From IMG/VR virus record IMGVR_UViG_3300031951_006582, positions 8,299 to 72,298 of that record: a DNA stretch of 64,000 bases. One strand, given 5' to 3'. Below, piece by piece: positions 58,749 to 64,000 of the stretch; position 1 is the stretch's first letter, and every line of letters starts with the position of its first letter. The notes under the pieces are model-generated. The model had not been told where the DNA came from and made no database searches. It saw only the letters and a program-made list of their open reading frames with translations. The position numbers were made by a program, and so were the translations under genes. Source of the stretch: a virus.

Positions 58749-59770
58749 TGAAGATTGAAGATGGCATCAAGTTAGACTTTAGTGACGTACTGTTTCGTCC
58801 TAAGCGTAGTACCTTGTCAAGCCGCAGAGAAGTTTCGCTGACCAGAACCTATAAGTTCAAGCATAGTCAGCAAGAATACACTGGCGTGCCAATCATGGCT
58901 GCTAATATGGATGGTGTTGGTACACTTGCGATGGCAGAAGCATTAAGCAAGTATGACTTGTTTACTTGCCTCGGTAAGAACTATGACAGCGGTGGTTTAG
59001 AATGGTATGATGGCACAGTAGATTGGAATAACGTAGCTATCAGCACGGGTACGAGTGATAAGGACTTTACTAAACTGGTAAATATGATTGAACACTATCC
59101 GTTTAAGTATATCTGTATTGATGTTGCTAATGGATATAGTGAACACTTCGGTGCTTTTGTAGCTAAGGTTCGTGAGAAGTATCCAACTCACACAATTATT
59201 GCGGGCAATGTAGTTACCGCAGATATGACGCAGGAGCTAATTTTAAATGGAGCAGACATTGTTAAGGTGGGCATCGGTCCTGGGAGCGTTTGCACAACTC
59301 GTATTCAAACTGGCGTTGGCTATCCTCAGCTTAGTGCTATTATGGAGTGCAGTGATGCTGCTCATGGTCTTGGGGGCCATATCATCGCAGACGGAGGATG
59401 TACCTGCCCAGGAGATGTGGCTAAGGCATTCGGAGCCGGTGCAGATTTCGTAATGCTCGGCGGAATGCTTGCCGGACATGATGAGGGCGGCGGCGAAGTT
59501 AAAGACGGTACGGTGACTTTTTATGGTATGAGTAGTGACACTGCAATGAACAAACATCATGGTGGCGTTGCTGACTATCGTAGCAGTGAAGGTCGTACTG
59601 TCAAGGTACCATATCGTGGACCAGTTGAGAATACTGTTAAGGACATTCTCGGTGGTATTCGCAGCACTTGCACTTATATTGGTGCAAGTGAACTAAAGCA
59701 TTTGAGCAAATGCACAACGTTTGTTCGGGTAAATAATCAATTTAATAACGTATTCTCAGGTGCTAAATAA
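58748..59770 (+). CDS. guaC: GMP reductase
   Basis: [60 protein letters not shown]. Confidence 0.95.
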   Translation: MKIEDGIKLDFSDVLFRPKRSTLSSRREVSLTRTYKFKHSQQEYTGVPIMAANMDGVGTLAMAEALSKYDLFTCLGKNYDSGGLEWYDGTVDWNNVAISTGTSDKDFTKLVNMIEHYPFKYICIDVANGYSEHFGAFVAKVREKYPTHTIIAGNVVTADMTQELILNGADIVKVGIGPGSVCTTRIQTGVGYPQLSAIMECSDAAHGLGGHIIADGGCTCPGDVAKAFGAGADFVMLGGMLAGHDEGGGEVKDGTVTFYGMSSDTAMNKHHGGVADYRSSEGRTVKVPYRGPVENTVKDILGGIRSTCTYIGASELKHLSKCTTFVRVNNQFNNVFSGAK

Positions 59771-59829
59771 TAACGTAACACAACGGTTACAAACAACATT
59801 AACATATCCGTGTAAGGAAGGAAACAAAT

Positions 59830-60507
59830 ATGTCTTATAACAAAACTAAAACCGATCCAGAGTTGGGTCAAAAGATTCACGAACACCTCGTCAAGATGGG
59901 TGTTGAAACTCCAACAGTAGAAAATGATCTTGACCGTAAGGACAAGATTGAAATCATTGAAAAGCACTTCACTGAAATTATGAAGACGTTGGGTCTTGAT
60001 ATTCGTGATGATAGCCTCGTTGAAACTCCAAAGCGTGTTGCTAAGATGTACGTCAACGAAATCTTTTGGGGTCTTGACTATGATGCATTCCCAAAATGTA
60101 CAACTGTTGACAACAAGATGGCTTATGACGAAATGGTCGTAGAGCGTAACGTTATCGTTATGTCAAATTGCGAACATCACTTTGTCACGATTGACGGTCT
60201 TGCAACTGTTGCTTATGTTCCCAGCAAGAAGGTTCTTGGTCTCTCTAAGATTAATCGTATCGTTGAATACTTTGCAAAGCGTCCGCAGATTCAGGAACGT
60301 CTTACTGAACAAGTATTCCACGCTCTTTGCTACATCCTTGAAACTGACAACGTTGCAGTTATGATTGATGCACAGCACTATTGCGTTAAGAGTCGCGGTG
60401 TTGAAGACACTGGTTCTTCAACTGTAACTTGTAAGCTGGGTGGTGGATTCAAGACTGATGCGGCTGCAAGAGCAGAGTTTCTTAGCATTGCAAGAATGGG
60501 CAAGTAA
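59830..60507 (+). CDS. folE: GTP cyclohydrolase I
   Basis: [39 protein letters not shown]. Confidence 0.97.
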   Translation: MSYNKTKTDPELGQKIHEHLVKMGVETPTVENDLDRKDKIEIIEKHFTEIMKTLGLDIRDDSLVETPKRVAKMYVNEIFWGLDYDAFPKCTTVDNKMAYDEMVVERNVIVMSNCEHHFVTIDGLATVAYVPSKKVLGLSKINRIVEYFAKRPQIQERLTEQVFHALCYILETDNVAVMIDAQHYCVKSRGVEDTGSSTVTCKLGGGFKTDAAARAEFLSIARMGK

Positions 60508-60740
60508 TGGGATTCAAATTACCTGATACGGACGGCGCCATAGGCATTTTAGCTAAAGCACTAAATGAAGTTAACAGCCCGTATAATGATGGCATTACTG
60601 CATTTGAAATCAAGAAAGACTTGTATAAGATAAAGTTCTTTTTAGATGAGCAGCTAAGCAAGGCTTCAAAGTTTCACGGCGAGGAAGAATTCCTTAAGGA
60701 ATGCGAACAGAAAAGAATGTGGGATATACTTAACCAATGA
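60507..60740 (+). CDS. Hypothetical protein
   Basis: SPYNDG...KKDLY; coupled ORF. Confidence 0.7.
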   Translation: MGFKLPDTDGAIGILAKALNEVNSPYNDGITAFEIKKDLYKIKFFLDEQLSKASKFHGEEEFLKECEQKRMWDILNQ

Positions 60741-61216
60741 TATTCAACAAGATCAAAGACCTAAAAGAAGAAGGCAAGAGTATTGGAATCACATTCAGTA
60801 CTTTTGATATGCTTCATGCGGGTCACATTGCAATGCTTTCAGAAGCTAAGAATCACTGTGACTATTTGATTTGCGGGTTACAAACTGACCCGACAATTGA
60901 CAGATCAGATACTAAGAACAAGCCAGTTCAAAGCATCGTGGAGAGACAGATTCAACTTAGTGCTTGTCGCTTTGTTGATGAAGTAGTTATTTACCAAACA
61001 GAACAAGATTTGGTAGATTTGCTCTTGACATTGCCCCTAGATTGTCGTATACTGGGTGTAGAGTATGAAGACAGAGACTTCACTGGTCGCAAAGAATGCA
61101 TAGACCGAGGTATTGAAATCATATTTAATGGTAGAGACCACAGCTTTAGTAGCAGTAATCTACGAAAGCGTGTAGCAGAAGCAGAAAGAAACAAAGATGG
61201 AACCCAAGGATCCTAA
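60737..61216 (+). CDS. Glycerol-3-phosphate cytidylyltransferase-like (TagD family)
   Basis: FSTFDMLHAGH, GLQTDP, RDHSFSSSNLR. Confidence 0.88.
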   Translation: MIFNKIKDLKEEGKSIGITFSTFDMLHAGHIAMLSEAKNHCDYLICGLQTDPTIDRSDTKNKPVQSIVERQIQLSACRFVDEVVIYQTEQDLVDLLLTLPLDCRILGVEYEDRDFTGRKECIDRGIEIIFNGRDHSFSSSNLRKRVAEAERNKDGTQGS

Positions 61217-61415
61217 CAAGAAGTTTGAAGATATTTTGAAGAATATCAACTTTTCGTTCACCGTACCTGTTGGCGTATACAAGTTTAATCTACCTGTTGA
61301 AACAGTAGAAGAAACCATTGCTCGTTTGGATGAAGTTGATGAAACAGTTGATGCAATGACTTCTTATCCTCAGGCAAAGAAAATGCTTGACAACTTATTC
61401 AAGAAGGAGATTTAA
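61197..61415 (+). CDS. Hypothetical protein
   Basis: Short ORF filling the operon gap. Confidence 0.55.
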   Translation: MEPKDPNKKFEDILKNINFSFTVPVGVYKFNLPVETVEETIARLDEVDETVDAMTSYPQAKKMLDNLFKKEI

Positions 61416-61416
61416 T

Positions 61417-61746
61417 ATGGAAAAATATTTTAAGTTTGAAGGAAGTGCGACTCGCAGTGAATATTGGGCAGTTACCCTTATCGGCGGTTTTTGTGCATTC
61501 ATACTTGCATTCTTTAGTGCAATCATCGCCTTTGGCGAATTAGGCGCACTTGCAACTATAATCGGTGGTATATTTCTTGCTGCAACTATTATTGGAGCGT
61601 TTTGGCTTTCTATCGCTACTACAATGCGTAGGTGTCGTAATGCCGGTCTTAATACCTGGTGGACTCTTGCTATTATCATCCCATATGTTGGGTGGATTGT
61701 TACTATCGTGCTTGGTTGTTTGAAGACAGATGAGGGAACAAAGTAA
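61417..61746 (+). CDS. DUF805 membrane protein
   Basis: FEGSATRSEYW, RRCRNAG, IIPYVGWI; RBS aaggag. Confidence 0.85.
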   Translation: MEKYFKFEGSATRSEYWAVTLIGGFCAFILAFFSAIIAFGELGALATIIGGIFLAATIIGAFWLSIATTMRRCRNAGLNTWWTLAIIIPYVGWIVTIVLGCLKTDEGTK

Positions 61747-61951
61747 ATTAGATTTGCACGGTGTAAGGCATCAAGATGTAGATGCCTTAGTGGAGAACTT
61801 TGTTCTGATGAATCAGGACAGTTTTCCACTCACCGTCATTTGTGGTAACAGTGTAAAAATGGTGCAACTAACTGAACAGGTACTAAATAGGATTGGGTGT
61901 GAATACACCATGTATCGGTTCGGTGTATTAACGATTGGAAAGTTTAAGTAA
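61730..61951 (+). CDS. Smr domain protein
   Basis: LDLHGV...TVICGNS. Confidence 0.7.
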   Translation: MREQSKLDLHGVRHQDVDALVENFVLMNQDSFPLTVICGNSVKMVQLTEQVLNRIGCEYTMYRFGVLTIGKFK

Positions 61952-62406
61952 TGTTATATCTCGCTTATGGAATGAATACTAATATTGATCAGATGGCATC
62001 ACGCTGTCCTGGTTCCGTTAGTATCGGTCGTGTAGATATTCCAGATCATCGTCTCGTGTTTCGCGGTGTAGCAGACATTGAAGAAAGTGTCGGTGATGTT
62101 CTACAGACTGTTATGTGGGACATTACTGATGAATGTGAATTGGCTCTTGATATGCTTGAGGGCTTTCCAACTTTCTATGGAAAAAAGTTTATTGATGTTC
62201 AAATCAATAACAAAACATATAAAGCAATGATTTATCAAATGGTCGGCAACAGACTTGACTATTCTCATCCTAGCAATTATTATCAATACTTGCTTGAAGA
62301 AGGATATCAGGAACACGGTCTTGACGTAAATCAGATTTATAATGCAGAAGGCTTTTGTGAAGTTGAGGATACTCTTGACTATATCAATCGTAGGTATGCA
62401 TACTAA
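61951..62406 (+). CDS. Gamma-glutamylcyclotransferase (AIG2-like)
   Basis: YLAYGMN...QMASRCP, LDMLEGFP, PSNYY. Confidence 0.85.
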   Translation: MLYLAYGMNTNIDQMASRCPGSVSIGRVDIPDHRLVFRGVADIEESVGDVLQTVMWDITDECELALDMLEGFPTFYGKKFIDVQINNKTYKAMIYQMVGNRLDYSHPSNYYQYLLEEGYQEHGLDVNQIYNAEGFCEVEDTLDYINRRYAY

Positions 62407-62407
62407 C

Positions 62408-62462
62408 AGTGGTCTTTGACGCTCATCCCACTATAAACATTCTGCGTGTCATCTTAAAGGAG
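62408..62462 (+). ncRNA. Candidate preQ1-I-like riboswitch upstream of queD
   Basis: P1 AGUGG/CCACU, 15-nt loop from U to C, AUAAA tail, loop UGAC/ACGC complementary to GCGUGUCA just before the AGGAG RBS. Confidence 0.55.
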
Positions 62463-62469
62463 AACAAAG

Positions 62470-62973
62470 ATGGCAAATGAAACAAGAGTTTACAAGTACA
62501 CTTCAACTAAGGAGTGGCACGATGCATTTCCCTGTGCGTATAGACAGTGGAGAGCAGATACACACTGCAATCAGATTCATGGTTACAGTTTTAGTATCCG
62601 CGTATTCTTTGGTGCTGATACCCTAGATGCTCGTAACTGGTGTGCGGACTACGGTGGTCTAAAGGACCTCAAAGCAATTCTTGAGGATCAGTTTGATCAT
62701 ACGTTGCTTGTAGCAGAAGACGATCCTGATATGGATGTGTTCAAGCTGTTGCAAGAGCGCGGTATGGCAAAGTTGACTATCATTCCCGCAACTGGGTGTG
62801 AAGCACTTGCTGATATGATTTACAAGTTCATTAACGGTGTCTATATCCCAGATCATTGGGGTTCGGGCGAAGCTGAACGACTTTGGTGCTATCGTGTTGA
62901 AGTTCGTGAGACACAGAGCAACATGGCTTTCCGTGAAGGTCATCGTGAATGGAATGAAAACCTACTAGGATAA
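62470..62973 (+). CDS. queD: 6-carboxy-5,6,7,8-tetrahydropterin synthase QueD
   Basis: HCNQIHGY, DYGGLK, FDHT, GCEALA, VEVRET. Confidence 0.88.
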   Translation: MANETRVYKYTSTKEWHDAFPCAYRQWRADTHCNQIHGYSFSIRVFFGADTLDARNWCADYGGLKDLKAILEDQFDHTLLVAEDDPDMDVFKLLQERGMAKLTIIPATGCEALADMIYKFINGVYIPDHWGSGEAERLWCYRVEVRETQSNMAFREGHREWNENLLG

Positions 62974-62976
62974 AGG

Positions 62977-63480
62977 ATGCAAGAGATAATGACTAAGAAA
63001 GTATATTACACTGATAAACAGATTGATGGTATGGTCCATGATATCATTCGTCAAATGAACAATGATAACTGGATGCCTGATTATGTTGTAGGTCTTACAA
63101 GGGGCGGACTTAACCCTGCCCTAAAGATTAGTCATTATCTCAACATTCCGATGGAGACGCTTAAGGTCAGTCTTCGTGATGGTGGTGATACTGAAAGTAA
63201 CTGCTGGATGGCAGAGGACGCTTACGAAGGCAAACATATCCTTATCGTTGATGATATTAATGATACTGGTGCTACGCTCAATTGGATTAAGGATGATTGG
63301 GCGTGTAGTGCATTTAAACAAGACCCTAAGTGGGATGGAATTTGGAATGACACTGTTAAGTTTGCAGTGTTGATTGATAATGATGCAAGTCCGTTTGAAG
63401 TCAATTATATCGGAGAAAGCATCAACAAGGCAGAAGAAGATGTTTGGATTGTCTTCCCCTGGGAAAATTGGTGGAAATGA
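62977..63480 (+). CDS. Purine phosphoribosyltransferase (Gpt/Hpt-like)
   Basis: VGLTRGGL, ILIVDDINDTGAT, WIVFPWE. Confidence 0.88.
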   Translation: MQEIMTKKVYYTDKQIDGMVHDIIRQMNNDNWMPDYVVGLTRGGLNPALKISHYLNIPMETLKVSLRDGGDTESNCWMAEDAYEGKHILIVDDINDTGATLNWIKDDWACSAFKQDPKWDGIWNDTVKFAVLIDNDASPFEVNYIGESINKAEEDVWIVFPWENWWK

Positions 63481-63884
63481 CCGTTATTCCAATGCGTGAT
63501 GAACTAATGGTTCAGCAGCAAATAAATGGTCCCTGGCAGCATATGGTAGGAGTGATTATGCTGAATCAAACCTCAAGGAAACAGGTAAAGAAAGTTTTGC
63601 CTGAGTTTCTTAATCGCTGGGACACTGCTGAAAAACTTTTAAAAGCAGATGAGGATTCTATCAGAACAGTGATTTCTCCTCTGGGAATGACAAACGTTAG
63701 ATTAAAAAGATTGCTACGAATGAGTAGCGACTACCTGTATTGGGACCGTATAAATGCCAAAGACCTTTACGGAATAGGTAAATACGGTAGTGATAGTTAT
63801 GAGATTTTCTTTAAACATAATTATTCAGTTCAACCCTCTGATAAGGAGCTGATTCGTTATTTGGAAGATCGGGAGAAAGGATAG
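63477..63884 (+). CDS. MBD4-like HhH-GPD DNA glycosylase
   Basis: PWQHMVGVIMLNQT, PLG, LYGIGKYGSDSYEIF, PSDKEL. Confidence 0.85.
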   Translation: MTVIPMRDELMVQQQINGPWQHMVGVIMLNQTSRKQVKKVLPEFLNRWDTAEKLLKADEDSIRTVISPLGMTNVRLKRLLRMSSDYLYWDRINAKDLYGIGKYGSDSYEIFFKHNYSVQPSDKELIRYLEDREKG

Positions 63885-63913
63885 TTGACAATGGACGTAA
63901 TTACTGTTATAGT
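63885..63913 (+). promoter_or_regulatory. Sigma70-type promoter
   Basis: TTGACA-17 nt-TATAGT with extended TG. Confidence 0.6.
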
Positions 63914-64000
63914 TATTATTGCATTTTGCGCAGTAGCATCTGCATTCTTGTATGGAATGTGGGTATTAGAAGATGACAGATATCAATTTAGAAAGAAGCA
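63891..64000 (+). CDS. Possible small membrane protein, 3' truncated
   Basis: MDVITVIVIIAFCAVASAFLYGMWVLEDDRYQFRKK, open to window end; overlaps a promoter-like motif. Confidence 0.4.
   Translation, partial: MDVITVIVIIAFCAVASAFLYGMWVLEDDRYQFRKK

Noticed and set aside
1-64000. Stop-codon reassignment as seen in some large phages
   Set aside because: Conserved genes are full length in the standard code, and TAA, TGA and TAG all end genes (TAG at 22329 and 63884)
1-64000. tRNA or rRNA genes
   Set aside because: Intergenic gaps are short and none showed a cloverleaf by eye; a tRNAscan-SE run would be needed to be certain

Overview
This 64 kb window comes from a large, AT-rich T4-like myovirus genome, almost entirely + strand and densely coding under the standard code. 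A sphingomonad/caulobacter-type outer-membrane barrel suggests an alphaproteobacterial host (inference). Layout: (1) dNMP kinase, tail sheath/tube, head-completion nuclease, a repeat-rich fibre and baseplate genes (0-21 kb); (2) DnaE fragment, GroES, clamp loader, PhoH, holin, DnaJ, ClpA (21-31 kb); (3) a block of proteins with T4 capsid-targeting-like N-termini and repeated hydrophobic-x-E junctions that look like protease-processed virion cargo polyproteins, carrying ADP-ribosyltransferase, methyltransferase, amidoligase, ParB-like and Cys-peptide modules (31-43 kb, plus 8.5-11.6 and 49.6-50.3 kb); (4) a tightly overlapped operon of two small membrane proteins, CsgF, CsgG, a curlin-like protein, a secreted FecR-domain protein and a CHASE2 adenylate cyclase, followed by an OM beta-barrel (43-49.5 kb), the best candidate for an undescribed trans-envelope signalling system; (5) DNA polymerase B and sliding clamp, then a 7-deazaguanine DNA-modification cluster (DpdA, DpdL-like, FolE, QueD) mixed with a glycosyltransferase, two cytidylyltransferases, GMP reductase, a purine PRTase and an MBD4-like glycosylase, with a preQ1-I-like riboswitch candidate in front of queD. 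Several late promoters sit exactly 5 nt before an ATG, implying leaderless mRNAs. I saw no tRNA, rRNA or CRISPR array. All calls come from motif recognition by eye; no searches were run.
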